DNA from: Octopus bimaculoides | Taxonomy: Eukaryota | Direction of reading: 5' to 3' | NCBI RefSeq assembly: GCF_001194135.2 | Contig: NC_068989.1 | Span: forward strand, 43,481,959-43,545,958 | Length of the DNA: 64,000 nt | Part shown: positions 25,860-40,013 of the stretch, one piece after another | Numbering within the stretch: position 1 is the stretch's first letter | Layout: every line of letters starts with the position of its first letter | Program-made: the position numbers and the translations under genes | Notes under the pieces: generated by a model | Seen by the model: the letters and a program-made list of their open reading frames with translations, nothing else | Told to the model about the DNA's origin: nothing | Database searches by the model: none

Positions 25860-27481
25860 TAGGGATACAACTTTTTAATTTTCCTCAAAAACAATTTCCT
25901 GTATCATATTTAGATGAGTTTTAATGCACAAGTAACTAAAGTGAATTCACTTTTGAGCTATCTTTAAAAGGTTCACTCATGAATCCACATTTGCATTCTT
26001 ATGCAAAACTTGTTTGAATAAGGGTATGGTTGCATAGCACTCTTGGCTTTCAATAAATTCTTAGCATTTATAAGACTTCAGTGGTGATTAGACTGTATTG
26101 CTGAGTTATCATCCTTAGTCATAAAGCAAATAATCAAGTTCTTCCACTTTCACCCTTCTTGTTTCTGTTTCAGTATTAGTTCTGCATGACTTCTAGCAGC
26201 ATGTCATTCAAGAAAAGCTTCAAAGTTGTTCACAAGAACAAGGAGAAATGGAGAAATTTGTTGCAGTTCCAGTCCCATTCATCTAGCCAGCAAGAAGCCG
26301 AATATCACTCAAAAAGTAGATTGTTGGTCGGTACCAGTTTCTTGGAAAATCAATTAAAGGCAGAAAGGAGAGTGGCAGAATTATCAAGAGAGAGGACACT
26401 ACTGTGGAGAGATAAACTTAATTTTCCAATCATTTCCAAGAAAGCAATACGGTCCAAGCTCGAAAGTGTGCTTCGTTTGTATGACAAATGTGCCAAGAAA
26501 GGAGAATTTGAATCATTAGAAGAACTGTTCGGTATCACCAAAGTCCATGGTGAATGGCTCAATGCTGATGACAAAAAACTGTACTGCATCCAACTCCAAA
26601 GCAAGGGCAAAGTGGGCTATTCAACAGGCAAAGCTGCAAGCAAACACACTATCTATCCTTCCAAGAGAAGATGTTCTTATGCTGAAGCCACCCATTCTTT
26701 ATCAAACCCAACAGCCTTGGATACTGACGGTGACTCTGAAGAGATTGACAAATACAATTATGCTGAAGATGACAAAGTTGATCAAAATGATAGTGATAGT
26801 AATGGCACCTATTCCTCTACAAGAAGGCACAACAAATCTGCAATTGGTGTGGAACAAACACATCTACCAACAAAACTGAGAAAATCTGCAAACAGTTGTC
26901 AGAGGAAGGCACTGATATTCCAGCTCATAGTCAGCGAAGCATTTACAAGGCACTCTTCAAGGAAACTGGTGAAATGAAGAATCACTTGATCAATACGCTA
27001 CGCAATCAGAAATGGAGCCTGCATTGCAATGGTAAACATATTGACAGAAATGAATATCAAGTGGTTGCCATAAAGAATGGAACAAGTGAAATCAAGCTGG
27101 CTGCTCTGAAGCTGTATGATGGTAAGGCTGAAACCATTGCAGAAGGATTGAAAAGTGTCTTGATTTTCATTGCCGCCGAGCAAAAGCTTATCAGAATATG
27201 ATAAAGGCGGCGAGCTGGCAGAAACATTGCCCGGCCGGGCGAAATGCTTAGCGGTATTTCGTCTGCCGTTACATTCTGAGTTCAAATTCTGCCGAGGTCG
27301 ACTTTGCCTTTCATCCTTTCGGGGTCGATAAATTAAGTACCAGTTACGCATTGGGGTCGATGTGATCGACTTAATCCCTTTGTCTTCCTTGTTTGTCCTC
27401 TCTATGTTTAGCCCCTTGTGGGCAATAAAGAAATAAGAATATGATACAGGACTATGAAGTTGCAAAAAAGTTGTATCCCTA
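25860..27481 (+). mobile_element. Internally deleted hAT transposon (hATm-like) with transposase pseudogene
   Basis: Perfect 17-bp TIR TAGGGATACAACTTTTT. 8-bp TSD GTCAACAT (25852-25859) versus GTCTACAT (27482-27489). ORFs 26186-26977 and 26896-27201 are frameshifted parts of one transposase. WSLHCNGK looks like a decayed LHxDGK first catalytic motif, and the C-terminal half is missing. Confidence 0.85.
27204..27435 (+). mobile_element. tRNA-derived SINE family B inserted in the hAT element
   Basis: aaggcggcgagctggcagaa...gttcaaattc...gaaataag with 11-bp TSD AGAATATGATA (27193-27203 and 27436-27446). Confidence 0.9.
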
Positions 27482-28054
27482 GTCTACATAGAGTGAGAAT
27501 GGATAAGATTTTGAATTAATCTCCCTACAATACTGTTGCCAACTGATCATGAAGAGGTGAAAGGCCATGATAACTGTTAGGATTTTAACAGAACAGAAAG
27601 AGAACAGACAAAATTAGTCAAATGCCATTTAAGCCATTTCAAGGTGCTTCTATGTCATAGCTCAAACTTCTAGAAGTAGCAGGCAATCTTCCCACACATG
27701 GCAGTATCATTAAAAAGTTTGCTTCGCAGCCACATTGTTTTGAATTCAATGTCACTGCATTGAACCTTCAATGAATATCTTCAACCATATCTTATGAGTA
27801 GAATATAGCTGATGGAAACTGCAGAAATTCATTGTGGCTCGATAGATTGGTAGACAGGTTGGTGTGTTTCTTTCAATATAAGGTGAACAAAACCCTGGAA
27901 CACCAGGACTTATTCTTTGCAAGCCTAGTACTTATTCTATCAGACACTTTTGCCAAACTGCTAAGTTACAGGGACATAAACACACCAACATCAGTTGTCA
28001 AGCGATGGGGGGGTGGATAGACACAAACATACACATACACACACACATATATAT

Positions 28055-28096
<42 letters not shown>

Positions 28097-31000
28097 GATG
28101 GGCTTCTTTCAGTTTCCATCAACCAAATACACTCACAAGGCTTTGGTCAGCCCGAGGCTATAGTATAAGACACTTGCCTGAGGTGCCACGCAGTGGGTCT
28201 GAACCAGGGACCATATGGTTTGGAAACAAACTTCTTATTACTCCTGCACCTGTCTTAGGGGAGATTTGTCCTACACACATGTATTTATATACACACACAC
28301 ACACATGTAGAACAAAAATCCCCTAGGCCATTATATATATATATATATATGTATATGTATATATATATATAAATCAAGTGAGATCGTAACCATGGCCAAT
28401 GCCAGTGCCGCATAACCAGCCCATTTAAAAGTACCCTTCAATCATCAGATAATATGCTGTGCTTGAGAAGACCTGTTGAGTCAAGTGAAAACGTAGTTGT
28501 GGCCGATGCCAGTGCCACGTGACTGGCACACGTACCAGTGGCATGTAAAAAGCACCATTTGAGTATGTCAATGCCAGTGCCACCTGAATGGCTCCAGTGC
28601 CAGAGGCACATAAAAAGCACCCACTACACTCTCAGAGTAGTTGACATTAGGAAGGGCATCCAGCTGTAGAAACCTTGCCAGATCAGATTGGAGCCTGGTA
28701 CAGCCTCTTGGCTTGCCAGTCCTCTGTCAAACCAGCCAACCCATGCCAGCTTGGAAAGTGGATGTTAGATGATGATGATGATGACATATATATAAATCAC
28801 CATTGTTGTTTTAAAGTTCACTTTAAAAGGGGAGAGAGAGAGAGGGAAGATTACCTTCAGTTTCCATCTACTAAATCTACTCACGTGTCTTTTGGGCTAC
28901 AGAAGACACCCAAGTAGTCATGCAGTGGGACTAAACCTGAATTTAAGTGGTTGAGAAGTAAACTCTTTAACCACACAGCCACACATGCACCTAAAGTATT
29001 CAGGGATGGAGAATTAACATGATAAATAAGTGAGAAAAAAAGCATTGAAGACAATTGCAATGTCTTTAACCCTTTAGCATTTCAACTGGCCACATCCTGC
29101 CAAAATATTCTGTTTTATGTTCAAACTGGCTAGATCTGGTTTCCCACACCAACCCTACAATATCATTCTAAAACATTAACAGTTACCTCATCAAAAGATG
29201 ATGCAAGATTAATTCAAAACAACGAGAGTAAATAAGCATTACTTTTAACAGAATAATGTGAATAGTAAAGGGTCAATCAGAGGTCTACTGAATCAGGGCC
29301 AGCCCAAGGTGAAACAACTAGATTCTGTTAAATTATTTCATTCAAGTGTTCTATTTCCATCACATTATTGTTCTTTCGTAAAAGGAAACAAACCAAATAA
29401 CAATCATATGAAGTGCTTTAACACTTTGTCCAAAGCATTTTCAGAAGTTTGTCCAAAATGTCCATGCGTATTTTTAGACTTTTAGTTAGCACTTGTTTCG
29501 TGCATTCTGAATAATATGAAACTTTCTTTTCATAAGTCCCAAGTTACTCTGATGGTTGAAAAGAAGAAAAAAAAAAATTGAGAATGTTCAGTAAATTGCA
29601 GGACAGGCAACGGGTTAAAAAATACTTAGCTAATTAATTAATCCTAGTCTGAAAATAAAGATTAATCAACAGAGAAGTGATGGGGAGACCAAATAGATTC
29701 ATTGAGAATCATTTCTTTATTCCAAAGTGTACACGTATTTAACAACTCTAATGATAAATCTGTAATAATTACTCATTTTTAATTACATAAACACACTTAA
29801 GTTGACTGGTTATTAAATCTCTCACTACTTCTAACCAACACATTATGTCATTGGCATGCACACACACACAATTTCCATTGTACATTAGAATATTCTGTGA
29901 ATAGTACTAGTGTATTACATTACAAAGAGTAATTAAATCCTAGAAATCTTCTCAGTATCAGACTTAAACCTTTTCAGGCAAGTTCTCTGCTACTGTGCAC
30001 CAATACCATGATATCTATGCAACCACCAAAAAACATAAGGTGCCTGTGAATTTTTTTTTTTTTTTCCTTGTCTCATTTGTTGATTATTTTCATGGCAACA
30101 AAGCAGGATCTATGGCTTTTTACGGGGTCTCTGAAAAGGATGGCAAGGCAGAAACTACTCATAAATAAAAGATAAGGAAAATGATTTAGCTAGATGATGA
30201 GTTCTGAATACATTAAGAAAAGGTTAAAAAGGTAAAGACTCCCATCAGTCAGGAATGGCCATGGGATTGCACCTAGAAAGTTACCCTCCAAGGCACAAGT
30301 CCAGGCAAAGTTGTTTATGAAAGACCAGTTGCCTATGCATACAAGTCTCCCCTCTCCACACTACTGATGTTATCCAAGGGAAAGGTGAAGGCCGATACAG
30401 CTCGGCACCAATGATGTCACAACTCATTTCTACAGCTGAGTGAACTGGAGCAACGTGAAATAAAGTGTTTTGCTCAAGAACACAATACAAAATCCAGTCC
30501 GGGAATCAAACTACCTCATGATTGTGAGCACAACACTAACCTCTGAGCCATGGGATTAGACCTATTAAATTAATACATTATGAAAAATAATGACGAATCC
30601 TCCTATACTATTCCTAAAGGGAAAAATAATTTGCATTCAATGTTGTTATAATAGGAATCATCATACCCAGATAGTGAGTTCATTCTCAAATTGAAGAGCT
30701 GATCTGAATGTTTACAACAGAGTGGAATCTGTTTTTAGCACCCAAGTACCATATGGCAGGGTTAAATCATATCACAGGATTACTAGAGTATCCACATGGG
30801 ACATCTCAGAAACTGCTGCAGCTTAGGAAGTCAGTGTTTTTAACTGCAATTTTTTTTTTTCATTTCAGCATATTTCTTTTTCAACAATATATCTGAATAT
30901 TAAGAGCAGCACTCATCAATATCTCATATAACAGGATAAACTATGAGTTACATGAAAACCCAATTAAATCTAATACAAATACATTCAAACAAACAAAATA

Positions 31001-32589
31001 TACAATTGCCCAAAATATCCAAATAATATTGTTTGTTTCAGTCATTTGACTGCAGCCATACTGGGGACCTGTGTATAAAAGTTTTAGTCATTTTGAGTCT
31101 GGTGCTTATTTGACCAGTTTCTTTTGCCAAACTGCAAATTACAGGGATGTAGTTGTAAAGTAGTAGTAGAGGACAAACACAAAGACACACTCACGCATAA
31201 TAGATTTCCTTCAGTTTACAACTACCAAATTCACTCAAGGATTTGGTCAACCCAGGGTTATAATAGAAGGCACTTGCCCAATGTGCCATGCAGTGGGATT
31301 GAACCTGGAACCATGCGGTTTGGAAGCAAACTTCTTATGACACAGCCATGCCTGTAGAGAATAAATATTTATCTTCATTAACTTTTAGTGTCAAAGGTAG
31401 CAAGCTGGATAACACGCCAGCCAAAATGCTTAACAGCATTTCATCTGTCTTTACATTCTCAGTTCAAATTCCGCCAAGGTCAACTTTACCTTTCATCCTT
31501 TCAGGGTCAGTAAAATAGTACCAGTTGAACACTGGGGTCAGTGTAAACAACTTAACCCCTTGCTTGAAATTGCTGGCCTTGTTCCAATATTTGAAACCAA
31601 CATTACAATAAATACTTCTTTCGTGTTCACAGGTCTGTCGTTATGATATTCAAGTAACAATAAGGAATCGATAGCTCCTAGTAAATTACTAGAACTGTAT
31701 GTCCCAAACAACCCATGCCAGGATGGAAAATGGATGTAAAATGATAATGACGACTGCAATAAATGCAAATAAAATAGGTGCAAGCATGGCTGTAAGGTAA
31801 GAAGTTTGCTTCCTAATCATATGGTTCCAGTTCAGTCCCACTGCATGGAACCTTGGACAAGTGTTTTCTACTATAGCCTCAGGCCAAACAAAGCCTTGAG
31901 TAGATTTAGCAGACAGAAACTGAAAGAAGCCTATCATATATGTATGGGTGTGTGTGTCTCTTTATGTTAGCGTTTGTCCCCCACCACTGCTTGACAACCG
32001 GTGTTGGTGCGTTTATGTTCCCATAACTTAGCAGTTTGGCAAAGAGGACCAATAGTATAAGTACCAGGATTTAAGAAAAAAATATTAAGTACTAGGGTCA
32101 ATTCGTTCAACAAAAAATTCTTCAAGGTGGTTCCCCAGCATGGTCAGTCTAATGACAAACAAGTAAAAGATAAAACAATTATCACTAATGTATCTAAGAG
32201 TACAAGTACACTCTCTAGAGTTTCTCTTCTACAAATAAAAGCTTATACCTCAGGGTAAAAGTAATCTAGATTATAAAGATAAGCTTTCAACAAGTGATGT
32301 CTGCTAACTAGAGATATCTGTATTAATATCAACTTCATTAACTTGGCTACTTGATGAGATTTAGCCATATAAATCCAAGTGATTATATATATTGAGCCAA
32401 TTAAATATTATGCCAAATTAGAAAACTATAGAAACTGAATTAAATACTAATTGTTGTTTAGCCCCCGGCCAGACCTGATCAAGTAGATCTATGACAAATA
32501 GGTGTTACCATCATGACCATCCTATCATTTTTGCATATCAAAGATTACACTGTCCAATATCTTTCCATAAAGTAGAGCCAGAAGTGCTC

Positions 32590-33060
32590 AAAAGTGACCC
32601 AATAGTTGAGTTTCGTGATCATCAAGGCACCCAAGGTTCTCTCTAGGCAAAAGCACATCCTTAAAACAGCTAGGACTGCATTCCAACGACAGGCTCTTCT
32701 CTTTAATGCCAGCCCTCAACAATTATTGATATTCTACAAAGCTCAGGTGAAGCTAACAATAGAGTACTACTCTCACATTTGGGATGGTGCTACAAACACA
32801 AGACAACCTGTACTGCTTCCAGAAAAGGGTCCCCTGACTGATTGGCATAAAGTCAGACATTCTCCAACCTCCAAGCCCACTAGTGTGTTGTCTCCTCTAT
32901 CACAGGAGAAACCAGCTACTATCATGATGGAGTAGACACCAGAAGGAAGAAAGAGACTGAGGTAAAGACCAAGGGAGATGCAATGCAATACATTCCAGGA
33001 TGACATGATGGAGTTGGATCAAGGAGTCAGGAGGAAGGCTCATTGCCTGCTGTGCTACTA
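32590..33060 (+). mobile_element. CR1/L2/Jockey-group LINE RT C-terminal fragment
   Basis: ORF 32606-32935 contains QQLLIFYKAQVKLTIEYYSHIWDGA, cf. LLTLYKAQIRPxLEYCSHIW. Confidence 0.7.
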
Positions 33061-33093
33061 TCACAGGAGGATCTAAGATATACACACACACAC

Positions 33094-33144
<51 letters not shown>

Positions 33145-33715
33145 NNNNNNNNNNNNNNNNNNNNNNNNNNNNNNNNNNNNNNNNNNNNNNNNNNNNNNNN
33201 NNNNNNNNNNNNNNNNNNNNNNNNNNNNNNNNNNNNNNNNNNNNNNNNNNNNNNNNNNNNNNNNNNNNNNNNNNNNNNNNNNNNNNNNNNNNNNNNNNNN
33301 NNNNNNNNNNNNNNNNNNNNNNNNNNNNNNNNNNNNNNNNNNNNNNNNNNNNNNNNNNNNNNNNNNNNNNNNNNNNNNNNNNNNNNNNNNNNNNNNNNNN
33401 NNNNNNNNNNNNNNNNNNNNNNNNNNNNNNNNNNNNNNNNNNNNNNNNNNNNNNNNNNNNNNNNNNNNNNNNNNNNNNNNNNNNNNNNNNNNNNNNNNNN
33501 NNNNNNNNNNNNNNNNNNNNNNNNNNNNNNNNNNNNNNNNNNNNNNNNNNNNNNNNNNNNNNNNNNNNNNNNNNNNNNNNNNNNNNNNNNNNNNNNNNNN
33601 NNNNNNNNNNNNNNNNNNNNNNNNNNNNNNNNNNNNNNNNNNNNNNNNNNNNNNNNNNNNNNNNNNTGAAACAAGTAAAAGAGAGTAAAAGAGTATATAT
33701 ATATATATATATATA

Positions 33716-34162
33716 AAATACAGAATGGGACAAGAACGCAAAACATCCAGACAGTTAGGTGACACAAGAAAGGAACAAAACATCCAGATAGACGATACAA
33801 AGAAAACAAGGACAGGTCATTCAGAGTTTTCTTTCCTCTGTCCTGTTATTACTTTTTTTATTTTTATTGTATTTGTGTAACATTGTTCGTTTTTCTTCTG
33901 TCCTTGTTTTTGTATACATTTGCTGCTTTCTTCCAAGGAATCTAATGCTCTTAGCTTAGTTTTTCCTTGTGGCTGGCCGGATTGGAGCAATATCGAGAAT
34001 AACCAGCCGAAATTGCAAGGATAATCTGGATCTCGACTGAAGAAAGAAAACTCCGAATGACCTGTCCTTGTTTTCTTTGTATCGTCTATCTGGATGTTTT
34101 GTCCCTTTCTTGTATCACCTAACTGTCTGGATATTTTGCGTTCTTGTCTCATTCTGTATTTT
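33716..34162. mobile_element. Element with about 120-bp terminal inverted repeats, flanked by (TA)n
   Basis: 33716-33833 is the reverse complement of about 34045-34162 (cagaatgggacaagaacgcaaaacatccagacagttaggtga...). Confidence 0.7.
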
Positions 34163-37099
34163 AATATATATATATTTATATATATATATATATATATATT
34201 GGTGTGTGCGCGCATGCGTGCATGCATGCATGCTTGCGTGCATGTGTGTGTGTGTGTGTTACACACACAAATACATATATGGAATAGGTGAGAGAAACAA
34301 TCTAAATGCCAGACAAGGTATTTCACAAAGAATTCTCACAATGTGTTTTGCTGCAGACGATGCAAAACCTGCTACAACAACTGACAACATGCAACTACTA
34401 CTTGCTCGCATTATCACAAAGATATGCGAAAGAACACAAATATGTGTACACAATCAAGTGCACACAGATGTAAACACAAAGTTTTCAAAAATGAACATGT
34501 TAACAGATGGTTAAGTGATTATAAATTTTCCTTTTTATTTATTGTGACTATAAAATATAGTATCTTTTATTTTTTACTTGTTTCAGTCATTAAGCTGTGG
34601 CCAAGCTGGAGCACCACCTTAAAGAAACTTAGTTGAATGAATCGACCCCACTATCTCTTTTATAAGCTTGGCACTTTATTGGTCTCTTTGTCAAAATGCT
34701 AAGTTACAAGGATGTAAACACACCAACACCAATTGCGAAGCTGTGATGAAGAACAAACACACACACAAAATCATAGCCAAAAGTATGGAACATAGGTCTG
34801 AAAATTAAAATTTTTTATATTAAATGCCCAAAGTTATATCTAATTTGCAATATATTATTACTACTTACAGTAATATGGTGGGTATAACAATTTTAATTTA
34901 AAAAAAAAAAAATTTCAAACTTTTGTACACAGCTTATGTATGTTTGTATATGATGGGCTTCTTTCAGTTTCTGTCTACCAAATCCACTCACAAGGCTTTG
35001 GTCAGACTCAAGCAGTGGGACTGAACGTGGAACCACGTTGTTGGGAAGCAAACTTCTTAATACACAGCCATACCAGCAAACTGTGAAAAAGAAAATTAAT
35101 TTTTAGAAAAAAATGGTAGTATGAAGTAGTGATTATTTAGACAGAATCAATAGAATAGACAGACAGATGATCAAACTCACTCAAACTATGATCATCTTAT
35201 CCCAGACCATGTTTATCTAATGGATGTTATTTGCTTCTTATTCACAGGCGGTCCAGCAAACTATTTCTTACAGCATCGATCCATAAATTGCTTTAAAAAA
35301 ATTGGATATCAAACAAAATGAACAAATGGTTGTGTGGTAAGAAGCTTGCTTCCCAACCACATGGTTCCAGGTTCAGTCTCACTGTGCAGCACCTTGGGAA
35401 AGTGTCTCCTACTATAGCTTCAGGCCGACCAAAGCCTTGTGAATAGATCTGGTAGACAGAAACTGAAAGAAGCCCATCGTATATATATGTATGTATTTGT
35501 GTGTCTGTGTTTGTCCCCCTACCATTGCTTGACAACCAATGTTGGTGTGTTTATGTCCCCTTAACTTAACAGTTTGTCAAAAGTGATGGATAGAATAAGT
35601 ACTAGACTTACAAAGAATAAGTCATAGGGTCAATTTGTTCAACTAAAAGGCAGTGCTCCAGCATGGCCAGGCACTAAAAGAGTGACTCTTCCCAGACACA
35701 ATAAAATCTTCGATATTGTTTTGCTTTTATGTTAATCTCTACTCTAAATGGAATCGGTAAATTTATAAGGTAGTTTCTATTGTGGACTATGAACTAATTC
35801 ATGGTTAGCAAATTTGTCAAGTATTTTGTCAATTCTTTTTATTCCTCCGAGAAAAATATATTGAATTAAGAAAGGAATTTAAACAACAAAATGTTGATAG
35901 AAGTTTTTGATAGTTACAAGAAATAATCTTTTCCACTGTAAGTACAAAGCCTTAAATTTTAGTGGGTAGAGCTAGTTGATTGTTACGTTGATCCCAGTGT
36001 TCAATTGGCACTTATTTTATCAATCCCAAAAGGATGAATGGTAAAGATGACCTTGACAGAATTTGAACTGAGAATGTAAAGATGAACAAAACACCACAAA
36101 GCAGTTCGTCCAGCACAATAACAATTCTGCCAGCTTGCAACCTTAATTACTGTACAATTAATATTTGACTATGTATTTACTCTGTGAATGAAAAAAAAAA
36201 TCCTCACAAATTTGCAAACAAAGTATTACTAATGTGTAATGGAATTGTCTTAAAAAGGATTTACCACAACAAATTTCCTTCATGAAACCACAACCAAGAT
36301 GCATCTCACATTGCTAAGATAAGAATTTCCTCCACTTAACCTCTCCCCCCCCCATCACCACCACCACCATTAGCTTTGGTAGATCCTCAATTTCATGTGC
36401 ATCTGCCAAATAATGTGTGTAGTTAAGTGGTTATTATTCACTATTGAGGTATGGAGGTCAATAAAACATCTGATATGGTCTGTTGTCCAGTGGACAGCAA
36501 TACCTATCCTATGTTGAGCAATAATAGCATAAGAGGAATGTGTCCATAAATCTCCTTTTTGGCTTTCTACTTCCACTATGAGAAGTCCTCATGAATATTG
36601 ACAGAAAAACACCTTAGAAGTATAGTAGACTATGAGAAGTTTATTATACAAAATTCATTTTGGCTTTAAAAATGAATTTGAAGTAAAAAAATAAAATTGC
36701 TGATAACATTTTAATAATTCCTGAAAATCTAAATGAAATGGCAAAATTTGTAAACTGTCTATCAGCTTATAGATGTTTATCAACAAGATAACATGAAATT
36801 TGTTTGGCTAGTTTTGTATACTTTGTAAATTTCAAGAGTAGAAAATATTAAAAGCAATTCAGAAATTCCAAAAATCAGAATTAATAGGACTTATTTAACC
36901 AGATACTTGGAGAGTTTCATAGAAATAGTCAATATCTTCTATTATCTAGATTACTTAATCAGCAGTGGAGATGGTAGTCTGAAAGCATAGTAAGCAGAGG
37001 TGAAAAATAAACCCCATTAATTATGGAACAAAAGGATTCACTCTAAGATTGTATGTTGCTTGTGTATAAAGTGAATAGGAGCAAAAAGAAAAAAAATAT

Positions 37100-37450
37100 G
37101 GCCACTGAAAGGAGAGGACACGCAATGGCTAAAAAGAAATGAGGAAAGCATACTTCACTGGGTGACTAATATTAGTATGCATGAACAGAGCAGTAATGAA
37201 ACAAGACCAAAATTGGTTCTAAGAGAAATCACCATTAGTGTGCAAGAAAAGAAACTTGACTAAAACAGACATATGATGCAGTTGGAGGACAGCAGCTGGG
37301 TAAAGTGCTGAACAGCCCAAATAGAAGAAATCTAGGGAAGAGGAAGGCCAAAGCAGAAGTGGTGAAAGCTGATCTCAAGAAGCTGAACCTCAAAGGGACA
37401 ACAAAGTGATGGGATACTATACAGAAGATGTTGTGTACAACCCATGCAAC
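37100..37450 (+). mobile_element. RTE LINE 3' fragment
   Basis: gtgtgcaagaaaagaaactt...ggaagaggaaggcc...gaagtggtgaaagctgatctcaagaagctgaacctc, a decayed RGRP..TW.EVVK.DL tail. Confidence 0.6.
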
Positions 37451-38919
37451 TATTAAAAAAAAAAAAAAGAGGGGCAGTAAAACAATTTTCTTTAGTTTTT
37501 CAAGTTTACACAGGTTTTAGAACACATTTTGTAAAATTTAAACTGGTTTGTGAAAACCTTCAGTTACACTAAGAAATACAGGAATAAAATTTATCTAATT
37601 TCAATTAGACTAGGAGTCTCAAAAAATGGAGAAGATAGAAACTTTCTTGCACAGTAAAATTTTAGAGGAAAATTTGGAAAATTTCAGTTGTACCTGTTAA
37701 GAAGAGGGGAGATTTGTAACTGGGCTACAATATTTTTGTGACAATAACTGAAACTAGGATTACTGGATAACAATCAAGATTTGTAAAAGACGTTTTTTGT
37801 TTACTAATGATAATTCTTTCAAAGTTAGCTAGTAATTTACCATACTAGAAAACTTTTAATTCCTCAAATTGAATAGATGTAAGAAACTTCAGTCTAGGGG
37901 GAGAGAGTAAAATTGTTTAGCTCCAGATCCGCCCTGATCCAGCAAGCCAAATGTGTCCCAGCTATGACAACACAAGAGTTTATTCAAAGTTGCCAACACT
38001 ACATTATATAATAAAAGGTTTGAGAGAGTTTTAGCAACTGAAGCTTCTGTATCAGCTAGCTTGAGAATATTCAGTTAGTTTGGTAAGGCAAAATGAAATG
38101 ATTCCAACAGCAGTAGGGTTCGCTACTACTGCAGTACTTCTTCCATTGAATGATCACTTCTGCAATACATCAATTCTCAAATTTGACTACAAAAGATTTT
38201 CTTACCAAACTGGAATTTTTGTTCAACAGCCCCAGCTCCAAATTAAACTGCTCAAATGTGAAGTGGCAAATATGAAGTGGACATTCGAAAAGGATAAAAA
38301 TAAAAAGATGGCATTACAATAGAAAAGTTATACTAAAATTTCAACTGCTGACACCTACAATACCTGTAAACTAACTACTTAGTCTTTTATTTATCCCAGT
38401 CAGAGTTGTAGCCATACATAGAATCACCCTTAAAAATATGGCAGAAACTGTTGAATACTTTTACCAACACTCAATAAATCTGAAGTTTAGCGACAGACAC
38501 AGACAGTGTGTGCGTGCGTCTCTGTCTGTCTCATCCTCCTGACATTAGTGAGGTCAGGATATCCTGGTAACATACTTTCGGTGTTTTTATCCTCTTTCTC
38601 TTAAATTATACTAACCCAATTTTCTATACAGTCTGGGGGAGGGATCCACCCACCACTCTTTGATAAAACGCTGCCATAACATTAAAATGATGCCTTTATA
38701 GAACAATAATCCCCAACAACAGCCCTTTTAGAATAAAAACAGGAAAAAAAACACTTGGATTTACTATAAATAGCTGTATATATAATAATTATAATCAGAG
38801 AAATTTAAGGTGGTAAATGATAACTTAAAATATATTACAGTATAGCAATTACTAGGCAAATGGTATCTTTATTGTACAAAGCAGTATAAAATTTGATACA
38901 CCGAACTACATAGGTTTAA

Positions 38920-39109
38920 CCCTTTTGATTCCAAGCCACCTGAAACTGCTCCAGGTTCTGTAACAACTTAAAAGTGGTCTAATTTGGTCAAAATTTTATG
39001 ATAATTTGTTCCAAACTCCAGCTTAATAATGAGAAAGTTATTCTACTGAATTTGTCATTATTTTTAAATAATGTCAGCATATGTTAACAGAGAAATAATA
39101 ACAAAAGGG
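38920..39109. mobile_element. Second TTAA piggyBac-like MITE family
   Basis: TTAA|cccttttg ... caaaaggg|TTAA, with an interior different from family E. Confidence 0.65.
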
Positions 39110-39360
39110 TTAAAACAGGAGTACCCGACCTGTGATGCAAAATTACCTTTAAAAAAATTATTAGAAATCTCTCTTTCCAACTTGCAAATATATCACATTT
39201 GTAGAGTGTGTGAAAACTAAACACTTTTGTAGGAGTGATGGCCATAGAAATAGTAAGGAAGCACCAGTTCAAAACGGTCTTTGGGGATGGAAACTCAGAG
39301 GAAGGAGACTTATAATTGACAATGTTTCAAGGGAATACTGAACAGAAGTATCTTATTTAA

Positions 39361-39846
39361 CCCTTTAGCATTTAAACTGGCCATATCCAGCCAAAACATT
39401 CTACTTGTTTTATGTTCAATCCAGCCAGAACTGGCCTCTCACACCTATTATACAATGGCAATCTAAAAATATGCCATCACATCACTGAAATCTCAAAGCT
39501 AAAAGATAATACATAACTGAAAACAATGCAAATAAATAAATACGCCTTCTTGGCACTTCTGCCGGTGGCAAGTGTAAATAAAGACATTCGAGCAAGATCG
39601 TTTGTGCCGGTGGCACGTGTAAAAACATTCGAGCAAGATCGTTACCAGTGTTGGCGTTAAGAAGGGCATCCAGCTGTAGAAACTCTGCCAAATCAGATTG
39701 GAGCCTGGTGTAGCCATCTGGTTCACCAGCCCTCAGTCAAATCCACCAGTCCTCAGTCAAATCGTCCAACCCATGCTATCATGGAAAGCGGACGTTAAAC
39801 GATGATGATGATGATGATTTAACATAGTAATCTGAATGCTAAAGGG
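39361..39846. mobile_element. TTAA MITE family E copy interrupted by a (GAT)n-tailed SINE
   Basis: Both TIRs and both TTAA intact. SINE occupies about 39545-39818. Confidence 0.8.
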
Positions 39847-40013
39847 TTAAAGTATACTTTCCTTTATCCTACAGATGGTAAGTCTATATTTGAGTAGTTT
39901 AATGTGGAGCTGATACTGTGGAGCAAAAATTCCAGTATGTTCATGAAAAGGTTTTCTTTCAGACAAAAATCCACATCATGTCTCCCTTACCTGTGTAGAT
40001 ACATTATTTTTAA

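Noticed and set aside
32900-33809. Long ORFs containing X runs (also 14247-14779, 44873-45466, 46614-47393, 54589-55380, 57582-58088, 62556-63109)
   Set aside because: Open only because N gaps contain no stop codons.
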